DNA of 64,000 bases from an uncultured Desulfobacter sp. (GCA_963665095.1 OY762069.1:4960001-5024000), one strand, 5' to 3'; counted from the stretch's first letter, positions 31,576 to 42,233 are shown. Translations and numbers: made by a program. Notes: generated by a model from the letters alone, not told the origin.

Positions 31576-31783
31576 GGTATAAGCGAGTTTCTTAATAGAA
31601 TCCATGCTACTTTTGATGTAACTGTCTTTCTATCTCGCACGGATGGCCGGCAAGGACATAACTGGTGGATGATTTCTCCTTACCTAAAAATTTCATTTAG
31701 TATCGGGCGGATAAGCTGCTTTTACTGACATTTGAATCGTTCATGGTGGCGCTTGAACAGATAGAAGTTCTATGGTGTTTTAG

Positions 31784-31839
31784 AAAAAAGGACGCCTTTG
31801 CCTGCAGGCATGTGTGGCCTGCCTGCAGGACAAAGGCGT
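31784..31839 (-). terminator. Intrinsic terminator downstream of the heme-utilisation operon
   Basis: ACGCCTTTG-CCTGCAGGCA..TGCCTGCAGG-A-CAAAGGCGT stem, preceded by an A run on + (U tail on -). Confidence 0.7.
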
Positions 31840-31904
31840 GTAAGCTTTTCCGGCTGGGCTATGGAAATAGAATGGAGTAGGTGTCGGAAAAGCTTTTTTG
31901 ATAG

Positions 31905-33818
31905 TTAAAACCTGAAGTTCAGGCCACAGTAAAAAACCCGCCCTTCAATATCATAGGGGGCATCGTCCAGATCCTCATCCGTGATATTGTCCACCCCCAA
32001 CCGGACAGTGAACCGGTCGTAAAAAGTCCTTGAAACCTGGGCGTTGAACTGGATAAACCCGTCATAGTCTTCATCGCCGTCGGTCTGACTGCCCGTGTAG
32101 CTGGCACTGAAGGTACTGTGAATATCCCAGGGCAGAAGCGTATTCAGCCGGATATTGACCGTGTTGTGGGGCCGGTAAGCCAATTCCTCTCCGGTGCTTT
32201 CGTCTTCGGTTTCCAGGTAATGGTATCCGATGCTGAAGTTGGTCCTCTCGTTGATATCCTGGGCCAGTTCACATTCAAACCCTTTCATGGATGATTTATC
32301 CACATTCACATAAATGCGGTCTCTGCTGCCTGCTCTAAATGTTTCAGAGGTGATCAGATTGTCCACGTTGGTTTTGTAAACTGAGGCTTTAAACACCATG
32401 GTGTCGGTGAAAAATTCATATCCCAGTTCAAAGGATCTGGAGGTTTCCGGCTGCAGGTCATCATTGCCGTAGACCGTAATTCCCATGGCAGAGGCCGCAT
32501 AGGAGGAGGAGTTCTGGGTGACGGTGGGGGCATTAAACCCTTCTCCGTAGTTGGCTTTTATCCGGTTATGCTGTCCCAGCTTGCACAGAATACCGGCCTT
32601 TGGAGACCATTCACCATTGAATTTTTCATGGTAATCATACCGGGTGCCCAGGGTAATGATGAACCATTCACCCAGGTTGATTTCGTCCTGGAAAAAGGCC
32701 GAGGTGTTGTTCATGTCGTCGGAAAAATTTTTGCTGGCACTGGCAGCCAGATCATACTCTTTTTCATATTCTTGTTTTTTAAATTCTGCGCCTGCCACAA
32801 TATAGTTGTTCTTCAGGCTGGCGATGTCCACCTCAGCCCTGGCCACCTTGTCGGTCAGGCCATGGGTATAGCCCCCGCTGGAGCTGGTGGTATTATAATG
32901 GGAATCGGAATCCACCATATAGGCGTCCAGGTCAAGGGTCACAGAGTTGAACTCTTTGTTGTACCCAAGCGAGTAGTTCTGCCGTTCAATGTCATAGTAA
33001 AGGACATCATCAGCCTTGAGGCGGTCTTCTGTACCCCGGCCAATGGCAGCTTCAATGTACTGGGTGTCGTCTATGTCAAACTGAATTTTGGCCAGACCGT
33101 TGCGAATCTCTTTGCCTTCGATTTTGGTTTCGGTTTTGTCATCCTCATCGGCTGCCGGATCCAGATCGTTGCGCTCGGCGCTCAGGGACAAAGAGAGCCT
33201 GTCTGCAATTCTACCACCCACGGTGAGGCTTACGTCCATATAGTCGCCGCCGTCATCATTGCTGCTGCCGTATTTGACATCCACATCCCCATAGAACTTA
33301 TCTTTGCTCTTTTTCGTGACAATGTTGATGACACCGCCAATGGCCTGGGAACCGTAAATGGAACTCATGGGGCCCTTGACCACTTCAATGCGCTCTATGG
33401 CATTCATGGGAACCCAGTTATATTGAAAGTCAGAGTGGCTGATCTGGGCATCTGACCCGGACACTTTCTGGCCGTCCACCAGAATCAGGACATGGTCACT
33501 GGAAGACCCGCGGATGCTGATGCTCTGCCTGCCATCGGTAGAGGCACTGTTGACCCCGAAGCTGATTCCTGCCTGTTGCACCAGTATATCTTTGATGGAT
33601 GATGCATTGGACGCCTTGATCTCCTCGGCGGTGATGATGGTGGTGGAGACGGGGATATCGTGATCTGCCTGGTTGGACTTGGCCGTGACCACCACTTTGT
33701 TTTCCACAGCTGCCGTGTCTGCCTCATCCGCCTTCACCACTGGCAGTATTCCGGTGCCTCCTGTCCCGGTAAATATGACCATTCCGGCCACAATTAACCA
33801 TTTTTTCAATTTTTCCAT
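31905..33818 (-). CDS. TonB-dependent receptor (CirA/BtuB-like; probable heme/iron receptor by context)
   Basis: RBS AGGAG + MEKLKKW signal peptide, VVVTA, IERIEVVKGPMSSIYGSQAIGGVINI, C-terminal Phe. Confidence 0.95.
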   Translation of the reverse strand: MEKLKKWLIVAGMVIFTGTGGTGILPVVKADEADTAAVENKVVVTAKSNQADHDIPVSTTIITAEEIKASNASSIKDILVQQAGISFGVNSASTDGRQSISIRGSSSDHVLILVDGQKVSGSDAQISHSDFQYNWVPMNAIERIEVVKGPMSSIYGSQAIGGVINIVTKKSKDKFYGDVDVKYGSSNDDGGDYMDVSLTVGGRIADRLSLSLSAERNDLDPAADEDDKTETKIEGKEIRNGLAKIQFDIDDTQYIEAAIGRGTEDRLKADDVLYYDIERQNYSLGYNKEFNSVTLDLDAYMVDSDSHYNTTSSSGGYTHGLTDKVARAEVDIASLKNNYIVAGAEFKKQEYEKEYDLAASASKNFSDDMNNTSAFFQDEINLGEWFIITLGTRYDYHEKFNGEWSPKAGILCKLGQHNRIKANYGEGFNAPTVTQNSSSYAASAMGITVYGNDDLQPETSRSFELGYEFFTDTMVFKASVYKTNVDNLITSETFRAGSRDRIYVNVDKSSMKGFECELAQDINERTNFSIGYHYLETEDESTGEELAYRPHNTVNIRLNTLLPWDIHSTFSASYTGSQTDGDEDYDGFIQFNAQVSRTFYDRFTVRLGVDNITDEDLDDAPYDIEGRVFYCGLNFRF

Positions 33819-34063
33819 AGGTTTTCTCCTTTCCTTTCCCCTGATTACAGATGCCTTAAACAGCAGCTTGACTGGTTGCTGAGGATCTGCTACCCAAGGG
33901 ATGTTTACCTGTTTTCCAACAGGCTTAAACCAATGGAAAGGCAGGCGATACCTTGGCGGGGAACCCTGCCTTTCCAAGCCTTTTTTCTTCTTGTTGTTTG
34001 CTTCAGTGTGCCATCTCTCTTGAATCCATGGCGGTTCTGATTTCTACTTCCGTCCTTTTTTTA

Positions 34064-34588
34064 TCAGCTATCTGCCTTTTCTGCTGCCTTCCGGGCGATA
34101 TCGGCAAACACGGCCTTGGCGTCTGCCAGGTCCTTTTCATCCGGATGTCTGGCCGCCTCCTCAAGCCGGGCCCGGCGTTCCGGGGTCATGCTGTGGTGGG
34201 GATCATCTTTCATTTTTGTTTCCATCATCTTGACCAGGGCCGGGTCCACTTTGCCCTGGCACATGAACTCGCCAAGGACCTCATTGCCGTCAACCATCTG
34301 TTTTACCTTTTCCATGCACTGGCGGGCATGGTCGGAGTCCGGATAGGCCCCTAAGGTGCCAAACAGTCCGATTTTTTTGCCTTTGACCCCTTTCATGTAA
34401 GTGGCGGAACCGGCATTGGCTGTTCCCTTGTCCACCCAGAAGCCCAGGGCCAGGAAATCATAGCCTGCCGGGTCCGGAGCCTCTTTAGCGGAAAAGATCT
34501 CTTTGGGTTCAGGCAGGGCGTCAAATACAGCTTTAGCCACTTTTTCGGTATTGCCGGTTCTGCTGGAATAAACAACCAGGGATTTCAT
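34064..34588 (-). CDS. Flavodoxin-family protein (HmuF-like by context)
   Basis: YSSRTGNT FMN loop, GFWVDKG, FGTLGAYPDSDHA, HPDEKD. Confidence 0.9.
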   Translation of the reverse strand: MKSLVVYSSRTGNTEKVAKAVFDALPEPKEIFSAKEAPDPAGYDFLALGFWVDKGTANAGSATYMKGVKGKKIGLFGTLGAYPDSDHARQCMEKVKQMVDGNEVLGEFMCQGKVDPALVKMMETKMKDDPHHSMTPERRARLEEAARHPDEKDLADAKAVFADIARKAAEKADS

Positions 34589-34603
34589 GCAGGCGTTCTC
34601 CTT

Positions 34604-36010
34604 TCATGATAAGGGCATGGACAGGGCACAGTCACAGGCCATGTCCATCAGTTCAATGTCATGGGTGATCACAAGGACACAGGTTCCCTTCCGGGCCATC
34701 TCCTTCATCACATGGGCGATAATTTTCATATTGGTGCCGTCCAGACCGCTGGTGGGTTCGTCAAGGATCAGGATGTCCGGGTCTTTTACCAGAGCTGCGG
34801 CAATGACCAGCCGCTGCTTCTGGCCGCCGGACAGGGACTGGGGATGCCGGCTGGCAAACGCGTCAAGGCCAAATCTGGACAATGTTTCCGGCACCGCTGT
34901 GTCGCCATGGGGATTATGCCGTGCCGCCACAGTCAGTTCCTGCTGCACGGTTTTCATGTGCAGCTGGTGATCCGTGTTCTGCAGTACAATACTGCCCCGT
35001 GCCAGAAGGTCTTTGGGCCACAGCCGGTTTCCGTTGATACGGATGGTGCCGGTTTTTAACGGCAGAAGACCGGTTAAAAGTCTTGCCAGCGTTGTTTTTC
35101 CGGTGCCGTTGGCCCCGGTTATGGCAATCACCCGGCCCCGGGGCAGGTCAAAGGAGACATTCGTGAACAGCCGGGGCTTTTTTTTGTATCCAAAGGTCAG
35201 GTTTTCAACTGTGATGCGGTTGCCTGCATCGGCTCCAGGGGTACTGCAGGTTTTTGCTTCAGGCAGACAGGGCTCTGTGACATGGGTTTTGCGAAGGCCT
35301 AAGTCCGGTCTATGATCCGGGGCATCCAGAATATTAAAACTGCCTTTGTCCACCAGGCGTCCCTGGTCCAGAACAAGGACCTTGTCCACAAGGTTCTTCA
35401 GCCAGTAAAGCCGGTGGTCCACAATGAACAGGGTAATGCCCTGCTGTTTAAGCGCCAGAAGATGGGCGGCCAGTTCCCGGGTTGCGTCAGGATCCAGATT
35501 GGCAGAAGGTTCGTCCAGAATGATGATTTTGGGAGAGACGCACATGATACCTGCCAGGGCCAGTTTCTGTTTCTCGCCCTGGGAAAGGTCAAATATCATG
35601 TTGTTCATCAGGTGGGTGATATTGAACTTCTCCGCTTCCCGGGTCGTGGCCGTTTCGATTTTTTCAAGGGAGAGGCCCCGGCACTCCAGGGCAAATTTAA
35701 GTTCATCCGCAGCCCGCAAGGCAAAAAACTGGGACTCAGGGTCCTGGAACATGGTGCCCACAAAAGAGGAGAGGGCCTTGACCGAACTCTTACAGGTCTC
35801 TTTCCCTCCCACACGCAGGCCGCCCTGCAGTGCCCCCTTGTGAAAATGGGGGCAAAGTCCGTTAATCAGGCGGATCAGGGTTGATTTACCCGAGCCGCTG
35901 GCCCCGGTGCAGACCACTGCCTCTCCCCGGGCCACGGTAAAAGAGATATCGGTTACGGCCGGCAGATCCTGGAAGGGATAGGTATAAGAGACCCGGTTAA
36001 AATTAATCAT
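34604..36010 (-). CDS. ECF transporter fused double ATPase (A-A')
   Basis: Two Walker A motifs (GASGSGKST, GANGTGKTT), FQDPESQFF, two DEP motifs. Confidence 0.93.
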   Translation of the reverse strand: MINFNRVSYTYPFQDLPAVTDISFTVARGEAVVCTGASGSGKSTLIRLINGLCPHFHKGALQGGLRVGGKETCKSSVKALSSFVGTMFQDPESQFFALRAADELKFALECRGLSLEKIETATTREAEKFNITHLMNNMIFDLSQGEKQKLALAGIMCVSPKIIILDEPSANLDPDATRELAAHLLALKQQGITLFIVDHRLYWLKNLVDKVLVLDQGRLVDKGSFNILDAPDHRPDLGLRKTHVTEPCLPEAKTCSTPGADAGNRITVENLTFGYKKKPRLFTNVSFDLPRGRVIAITGANGTGKTTLARLLTGLLPLKTGTIRINGNRLWPKDLLARGSIVLQNTDHQLHMKTVQQELTVAARHNPHGDTAVPETLSRFGLDAFASRHPQSLSGGQKQRLVIAAALVKDPDILILDEPTSGLDGTNMKIIAHVMKEMARKGTCVLVITHDIELMDMACDCALSMPLS

Positions 36011-36741
36011 AACAGTCTTTCCACGGCAATGCTGCCTATAATGAGCACTAACACAGACACGGCAGTCGCCATATCCCGGATCCCGGGGACGGGGGCTTTT
36101 ATCCGGGTCATGGGCGTTGCCGCATCCATCCCTTTCAACTCTGCCGCCACTGCCAGGGTATCAGCCGACCGCAGTGCCCGGATGGTCAGGGGCACCACCA
36201 GCAGACGGACCGCCAGAAAGGGATGAAACGTAACAAAGGTAATTCCCGGAGAGAATCCTCTGATCTGCATGCTTTCCCGGATCAATTTGACGTCATTGAT
36301 AAATTCCGGAATAAAGCGGACCATCACTGCGGCCGGCAGATAGAGGACAAAGGGCAGGCCAAAGGATTTCAGGCTGGTCATCACATCCTGGATCCGGCTG
36401 GAGACAGCCAGGGCCAGAATGGTATTCACCAGAACCACCACCCGCAGAAACGGGTTGAAAAAAGCCCCCAGACCAGCCTCTGATATGCTGGGCCAGAAGA
36501 TCAGCATGATCCGGACACAGCCCATGGCCATGGCAAACATCAGGGCCACAGCACACCAGGCCACGGCCAGTACTTTGACCCGGCCGTGGGCCAGGGCATA
36601 ACCGGCACTGACAACGGCCAGAATCCCCAAGGCCGGTGAGGACTCAATAAAGATAATCCCCACAGAGCTGACCAGGCAGACCAGCATCCGGGTCCGGATG
36701 TCCAGAAAAGATGACGGGTTATTCGCGGATGACACCGGCAT
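36007..36741 (-). CDS. ECF transporter T component
   Basis: LDIRTR, VRFIP, SMQIRG, AAELKG. Confidence 0.9.
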   Translation of the reverse strand: MPVSSANNPSSFLDIRTRMLVCLVSSVGIIFIESSPALGILAVVSAGYALAHGRVKVLAVAWCAVALMFAMAMGCVRIMLIFWPSISEAGLGAFFNPFLRVVVLVNTILALAVSSRIQDVMTSLKSFGLPFVLYLPAAVMVRFIPEFINDVKLIRESMQIRGFSPGITFVTFHPFLAVRLLVVPLTIRALRSADTLAVAAELKGMDAATPMTRIKAPVPGIRDMATAVSVLVLIIGSIAVERLL

Positions 36742-37264
36742 GGCGCAGCTCCTTTACAAATAAAAGGCCCGTGCCAAGACCGGCCAGGCATCCCATATAC
36801 CCCAGGGCCACCACAATGGCGCCCATGACAAACATGCCCGTCTCTTCCCTGTACAGAAAATAGGAATAGCCAAGACTGATGCCCCGGGAGAGAAAATCAT
36901 ACACGGCAATGCCGAAAATCAGCCTGAATGGCTTTTGAAAACCCTGAAACGGTGCGATCAGTGCATCACACAGTATGCCGGCCACAATGACGCCGATAAT
37001 GGTCATGGGGTTGCCGCCCATGAGCAGGAGTGACACCAGGCAGTTGATCAGGGAGAAGAGCGTGAGTACCCCGAATTTTCTGATTTTGTATACCAGGATG
37101 ATGAGAAGCGAGGTGGCCACGGTGTTTTTCAGCACCAGGGTCACCGGATTCATCCCGCCGCCCGCCAGGGCAATGAGCATGGTGGAAATTTTGATCAGTC
37201 CGGTAAAGGTCCCGATAAGGATCAGTTCGGACGGAGCCCAGTAGTTGGCGGAAAGCATTTTCAC
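36719..37264 (-). CDS. ECF transporter S component (MptD/Trep_Strep-like)
   Basis: ELILIGTF, KIRKFG, C-terminal LRHAGVI; hydrophobic; GTG start overlaps the hutW stop (GTGA). Confidence 0.8.
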   Translation of the reverse strand: MKMLSANYWAPSELILIGTFTGLIKISTMLIALAGGGMNPVTLVLKNTVATSLLIILVYKIRKFGVLTLFSLINCLVSLLLMGGNPMTIIGVIVAGILCDALIAPFQGFQKPFRLIFGIAVYDFLSRGISLGYSYFLYREETGMFVMGAIVVALGYMGCLAGLGTGLLFVKELRHAGVIRE

Positions 37265-38661
37265 GGGCGTGTTCTCCTGGTTTCTGCAAAGTAGTCGATC
37301 ATCCCCTGGGCAATATTGGTCTGCCAGAACTGGCCGGCCAGGGTCAGGGTGATCCAGCCCTCCTCCCGGGTGATCAGGCCTGCCGTTTCCCACTGGTCCA
37401 GAAGCGGGGCAAATATGCTTTCCAGGTCCAGGTTGAGTTTTCTGCCGGCACCAGACAGGTCCATGGCCCCAAGTTCCAGGCTGCCGGAGATATGCCGGAT
37501 CAGGTCGTTGTATGGGGAGGGCGTCATGATGCGCATGACCGGCTTGGTTGATCCAGCCATGTCAAGATAGCCGGCAAGGTCACCGTTCAGGAAGACCATA
37601 TGCCCGTTGACGCAGCCCCCGGCCCCGGACCCGTATGCCAGGCAGTCTGTTTTTTCCTTCATGGCCAGATTATACCGGTTGCGCTCCCGGAAATCTCGGC
37701 CCCAGTGGCTGATGGAGAGCCGCTGGTACCTGGCCCGGGTCATCAGCTCTACGCCCCGCTTAAACATATGGGCCCGCTGGACCTGATCCGCCAGGAATTT
37801 AAAGCGGCCGGCCCTGGCTGCCTGGTCAAGGGTGCCGCCGGGGAAGCGGATGAGCTGATACAGGTCCACCCCGTCCAGATCCAGGTCCAGGAAGGTGGCA
37901 ATATCATCCTCCCAGCATGCCATGGTCTGTTCGGGCAGCCCGAAAATCAGGTCAATGATGATGGCCGCATGGTTGGTCTGTTTCAGGCGCAGGAGCCGAT
38001 CCACAACCCTCTTTTTATCCGCCACCCGGCCCATGCTTTTACGAATGGCCGTGTCAAAGGTCTGAACCCCCAGTGAGAAGCGGTTGGCCCCGCCTTCAAG
38101 GCAGGCCTCTATTTTTTCATCGGTGAGGTCACAGATCCGTCCCTCCACTGTAATTTCACAGTCATTGGCCAAGGGAATGCACTGGCGCAGCGTCTCAAGG
38201 AGTTGTTTCAGATCCCTGGGCGGCAGGGCTGTTGGCGTGCCGCCGCCTAAGTAGACAGCATTGACCGGAAGACTTTGCACCAGGGGCAGATTCCGGTCTG
38301 CCTCAATTTCCCGGATCAGAGCGCCGGCATATATTTTTAAGTTGTCCTCCCGGGCCGGATTGGAGAAAAAACCGCAGTAAAGGCAATGGGTGCTGCAAAA
38401 GGGAATATGAATATACGCAGCTGTTTTTTCCGTGCGCTGAAAATCTGCAAGGCCGGCCCAGACCCTGGCGGTTTGTTCATCCGGTACCGGAGATCCGCCA
38501 AGACCGGCATGGACCACGGCTTTTTTTTTAAATGCCCCTGTCAGGGGGGTGTCACAGATTTCTGCAAAATAGGGGCGGTCTGACAAATTGCCGCCGAATG
38601 TCTCCATCAGTTTGAGTTTGGCATTGGCATTTGGCCTGGCCTGGCTGGTTTCCTGTTTCAT
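37261..38661 (-). CDS. hutW: Anaerobic heme-degrading radical SAM methyltransferase (HutW/ChuW family)
   Basis: YIHIPFCSTHCLYCGF, YLGGGTPT, PLANDCEITVEGR, RERNRYN, GSGAGG, LTLAGQFWQTN. Confidence 0.9.
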   Translation of the reverse strand: MKQETSQARPNANAKLKLMETFGGNLSDRPYFAEICDTPLTGAFKKKAVVHAGLGGSPVPDEQTARVWAGLADFQRTEKTAAYIHIPFCSTHCLYCGFFSNPAREDNLKIYAGALIREIEADRNLPLVQSLPVNAVYLGGGTPTALPPRDLKQLLETLRQCIPLANDCEITVEGRICDLTDEKIEACLEGGANRFSLGVQTFDTAIRKSMGRVADKKRVVDRLLRLKQTNHAAIIIDLIFGLPEQTMACWEDDIATFLDLDLDGVDLYQLIRFPGGTLDQAARAGRFKFLADQVQRAHMFKRGVELMTRARYQRLSISHWGRDFRERNRYNLAMKEKTDCLAYGSGAGGCVNGHMVFLNGDLAGYLDMAGSTKPVMRIMTPSPYNDLIRHISGSLELGAMDLSGAGRKLNLDLESIFAPLLDQWETAGLITREEGWITLTLAGQFWQTNIAQGMIDYFAETRRTRP

Positions 38662-39020
38662 GGATGTGGCTGGAACTCCTTTTTGAATGTTCAATCGGAA
38701 AAGAGTTAATGTTTTTCTGTATCCAACTGGGAAAGTCATCTATAGCAAACTATTTTTTGTGTCAAGTTAATTCTGGGTTACTGATTCAAAATTTGTCCAT
38801 ACTAAATAGATATGTTTAATAGATTTTTTTAGTTGAAGCTTAATATATTTTAATATATATAATTCTTTTCGTAAGGGAGGCTTTGGCCCGTCAGGGGACG
38901 GGCATTGATTGCCTCCGGCCTTTTTGCGTCTTTACAACCGTGGTCTGGCTTATAATAAAGGTCGCCTGGCCCTAAGAAAGGAAGATGCGTTTTTACACTG
39001 ACAGTAAAGGAGGTTAACGC

Positions 39021-39803
39021 TTGTACAAACCCTGCTGGATATTCTGTATGGCCTTCATGGCCGGTCTGGCGTTTCCGGATCCGGGAAGCGCACTTGCCGA
39101 AGAAACACCCATAAGTACTGTGATCAGAGAAGATGTTAACCAGACCATGGCGGTGGAAAAAAAAGTTCAGGATATGAAAACCCAATGGTCTGGAGAGTCC
39201 AAGGCACTGGCGGACAAGCGTAAGACGCTGGAAGCCAGCGTTGCGGATCTTGAAAACCATCTGGAAAAGATAACCCTGCGTCTTGATCTGGAAACCGCCC
39301 GGCATGAGGAGAATCTTCGACGGGAAAAGGAGATGGCACGGGTTCAGGCGGAACTGGCCGTGTTCCTGGATGGGGTATTGTCCCGGCTGGAAGCATTTGT
39401 GCGGTCAGATTTGCCGTTTTTAACAAAAGAGCGCCACGCCCGGCTGACGGCGTTGAAAATAATGATGGTGGACCCGCAGATCTCTTCGGCAGAAAAATTC
39501 CGGCGCATATTTGAGGCGCTTCAGATTGAGACCGAGTACGGCATTAGTGTGGAATCGACCCAGGCCACGGTGACACTGGACCAGGTGGATGTCCTGGTGG
39601 ATCTGCTCCGCCTGGGCCGGGTATCTCTTTTCTGTCAGGCCATAGACGGGAAAAAAAGCGCGGTATTTGATCCGGCCCAAAAGACCTGGCAGACCCTGCC
39701 TGAAGGGGTGAACCGCGACCTGTCCCGGGCCATTGCCATGGCCCGTCTGGAAAGAAGTATTGAACTGGTTAAACTGCCATTGGGAAGGATTGCGGCACAA
39801 TGA
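39021..39803 (+). CDS. DUF3450 family protein (TtpB-like)
   Basis: Signal peptide, coiled coil, DLPFLTKER, EKFRRIFEALQIETEYG, LRLGRVSL. Confidence 0.88.
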   Translation: MYKPCWIFCMAFMAGLAFPDPGSALAEETPISTVIREDVNQTMAVEKKVQDMKTQWSGESKALADKRKTLEASVADLENHLEKITLRLDLETARHEENLRREKEMARVQAELAVFLDGVLSRLEAFVRSDLPFLTKERHARLTALKIMMVDPQISSAEKFRRIFEALQIETEYGISVESTQATVTLDQVDVLVDLLRLGRVSLFCQAIDGKKSAVFDPAQKTWQTLPEGVNRDLSRAIAMARLERSIELVKLPLGRIAAQ

Positions 39804-41209
39804 AATTTTTTGTACATCTGACAGCTTTGATGGTGGTTTGGGGCCTGCTTTCTGCTGCACCGGAACCGGTTCAGGCCAGAGATTTGCGGCAGGCAGCCGT
39901 GGATGCCAGAAAGCAGCTGGAGGCCTCCCGGGAAAAAGACCGGGCCGTGCGTATGCAGATTCAGACAGACAAGGCCTGGCTTACCCGGGAACTGGAACGG
40001 CTGAACGCCAGAGTGGCAGCCCTGACATCCGAGGTGGAAGATAAAACCGGGCAGGTTAATGAACTGGCTGCAAAAAATGCCCGACTGGATGAGGAAACCA
40101 CCCTGCGCCAGGCCCAGCTCAATGAGCTCTCCGGCGCGGTCCGGGTGGCGGCGGGCAGCCTTAACGCCCTGCTTGCCGCCTCCCCCTATACGGCCCGGGA
40201 ACCGGACCGCCTGGCAGGCCTTGCCGCCATTCTGGATACCAGCCGTTTTCCCGGCATCGACGATATGTCTGCGGTGGCAGACCTTTTTCTGGAAGAGATG
40301 CATCTTAACGGCGGCATTGATATTCAGACCATGCCTTTTATTTCAGATACCGGGGAGACGGTTGAAGGCCGTGTGCTGAGCCTGGGCGGATTTACCTGGG
40401 CCTATGAACAGGAAAATAAATCAGGTTTTCTGGAGTACTCCCAGGACGCCAAAAAGCTATATGCCCTGTCTGCCCAGCCACCCAAGCGCATGCGCCGGAA
40501 TCTGGAAAACTACATGAACGGTCGCACAGACAGTGTGTACATTGATATTTCCCGGGGCGGGGCTTTGAAACAGATCACCCATCAGCAGACCCTGAAAGAC
40601 CAGATCGAAAAGGGCGGGGTCCTGGTCTGGCCCATCCTGGCTTTAGGGGTTCTGGCCGTTATCATCGGTATTGAGCGCACCCTGTTTTTAAGCCGGGTTC
40701 ATGCCAATACGGATAAGGTCATGGGCCGGGTGAACGCGCTGGCCGCCAAAGGGGAGTGGGACGCCTGCAGCAGCATGGTGGGCAAAAAGAAAATCCCTGT
40801 TTACAATGTGCTCCGGGCAGGACTCAACGCCAAGGACGAAAACCGGGAAACCCTGGAAAGTGTGCTCCAGGAGTCCATTTTAAAGGAGATGCCCCGGCTT
40901 GAACGGTTCCTGCCCATGCTCAACATCATGGGGGCCATTGCTCCGCTTTTAGGGCTTTTGGGTACGGTCACCGGCATGATCTCCACCTTCCATGTCATCA
41001 CGCTGTACGGCACCGGTGATCCCAGGATGATGTCCGGGGGCATTTCCACAGCCCTTGTCACCACCATGTTGGGGCTGGCCGTGGCCATTCCCATTATGCT
41101 GGAGTATACCTTTCTGCGCCGGCAGGTGGCCCATGTTATCGGCGATATGGAGGAAAAGGCGGTGGCGCTGACAAATATTGTCTTCAGAGAGGCCCGGTTC
41201 CAATGCTGA
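39800..41209 (+). CDS. MotA/TolQ/ExbB family protein with large periplasmic N-terminus (TtpC-like)
   Basis: IDISRG, APLLGLLGTVTGMI, GGISTALVTT. Confidence 0.92.
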   Translation: MKFFVHLTALMVVWGLLSAAPEPVQARDLRQAAVDARKQLEASREKDRAVRMQIQTDKAWLTRELERLNARVAALTSEVEDKTGQVNELAAKNARLDEETTLRQAQLNELSGAVRVAAGSLNALLAASPYTAREPDRLAGLAAILDTSRFPGIDDMSAVADLFLEEMHLNGGIDIQTMPFISDTGETVEGRVLSLGGFTWAYEQENKSGFLEYSQDAKKLYALSAQPPKRMRRNLENYMNGRTDSVYIDISRGGALKQITHQQTLKDQIEKGGVLVWPILALGVLAVIIGIERTLFLSRVHANTDKVMGRVNALAAKGEWDACSSMVGKKKIPVYNVLRAGLNAKDENRETLESVLQESILKEMPRLERFLPMLNIMGAIAPLLGLLGTVTGMISTFHVITLYGTGDPRMMSGGISTALVTTMLGLAVAIPIMLEYTFLRRQVAHVIGDMEEKAVALTNIVFREARFQC

Positions 41210-41814
41210 CAGACCTGGTTTCAGATACCCTGGCATATCTGGGCCAGGGGGGCACTGTTATGGTGCCGCTGATTCTGTGCTCCTTTATGATGTGGACACT
41301 GATTCTGGAACGGATACTCTTTTTTTTCCGTCTGGAGCAAAAGGATATTGCCCTGCATGCCCTGGTGCGGGTCCTGGACAGGGATCCGGCATCCAGGTGC
41401 CTGGTGCCGTCACAGGCCAGGGGGCCCAGGGCTCATATGGTCCGCTACCTTCTGGAAAGGCGCACCCACGATGCCTTTCTGGATAAACGGCTGGTGGATC
41501 AGTGTGTCATGTCCATGACCCCCGGTCTTGAGCGCTATCTTGCCGCCATTGCGGTGCTGGCCGCTGTGGCGCCTTTGTTCGGGCTGCTGGGCACGGTTAC
41601 CGGCATGATTACCACCTTTGACGTCATTACCCTGTTTGGCACGGGCAATGCCAAAGCCATGGCCGGCGGCATTTCAGAGGCTTTGGTCACCACCCAGAGC
41701 GGCCTTGTGGTGTCCATCCCCGGTTTTTTTATGAGCGCCCTGCTGTTCCGCCGGTCCGCCGCCGTAAAAAACCGCCTGGAAGAAGCAGCCATGATTCTGA
41801 AAAGGAGACTGTAA
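41203..41814 (+). CDS. exbB: ExbB proton-channel protein
   Basis: APLFGLLGTVTGMI, GGISEALVTTQSGL. Confidence 0.92.
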   Translation: MLTDLVSDTLAYLGQGGTVMVPLILCSFMMWTLILERILFFFRLEQKDIALHALVRVLDRDPASRCLVPSQARGPRAHMVRYLLERRTHDAFLDKRLVDQCVMSMTPGLERYLAAIAVLAAVAPLFGLLGTVTGMITTFDVITLFGTGNAKAMAGGISEALVTTQSGLVVSIPGFFMSALLFRRSAAVKNRLEEAAMILKRRL

Positions 41815-42233
41815 TGATCAATGTGAGAAACTCGCTTCGCATGCAGAACAATGAGATGGAAATCAATATGAGTCCGCTCATTGATCTGGTGTTTCTGCTG
41901 CTGATTTTTTTCATGGTGACAACCAGCTTTGTGCGGGAGACCGGCATTGATGTGCAGCGGCCCAGCGCCTCATCTGCCACACTTACGGAAAACGGCAATA
42001 TCCTTGTGGCGGTGTCCCAAAACGGCACCATCCATTTTGACGGGCAGCAGATTGACATCCGAAGTGTCCGGGCCCACATCACCCGGGCCCTGGCCCAGAA
42101 TCCGGAAGGATCTGTGGTGATTGTGGCCGATAAGGTCAGCTATACCGGAAAGGTGATCCAGGTCATGGACCAGTGCCGGCTGGCCGGTGCCAAACGGGTG
42201 AGTATTGCCGCCACCCGGGGTGAGTCACCTTAA
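41814..42233 (+). CDS. exbD: ExbD biopolymer transport protein
   Basis: INMSPLIDLVFLLLIFFMVT, VIVAD. Confidence 0.95.
   Translation: MINVRNSLRMQNNEMEINMSPLIDLVFLLLIFFMVTTSFVRETGIDVQRPSASSATLTENGNILVAVSQNGTIHFDGQQIDIRSVRAHITRALAQNPEGSVVIVADKVSYTGKVIQVMDQCRLAGAKRVSIAATRGESP

Noticed and set aside
38662..39020. Fur box and sigma70 promoter upstream of hutW
   Set aside because: AT-rich, but no convincing Fur palindrome; the TTGACA..TATAGA pair on the minus strand is spaced only 15 bp
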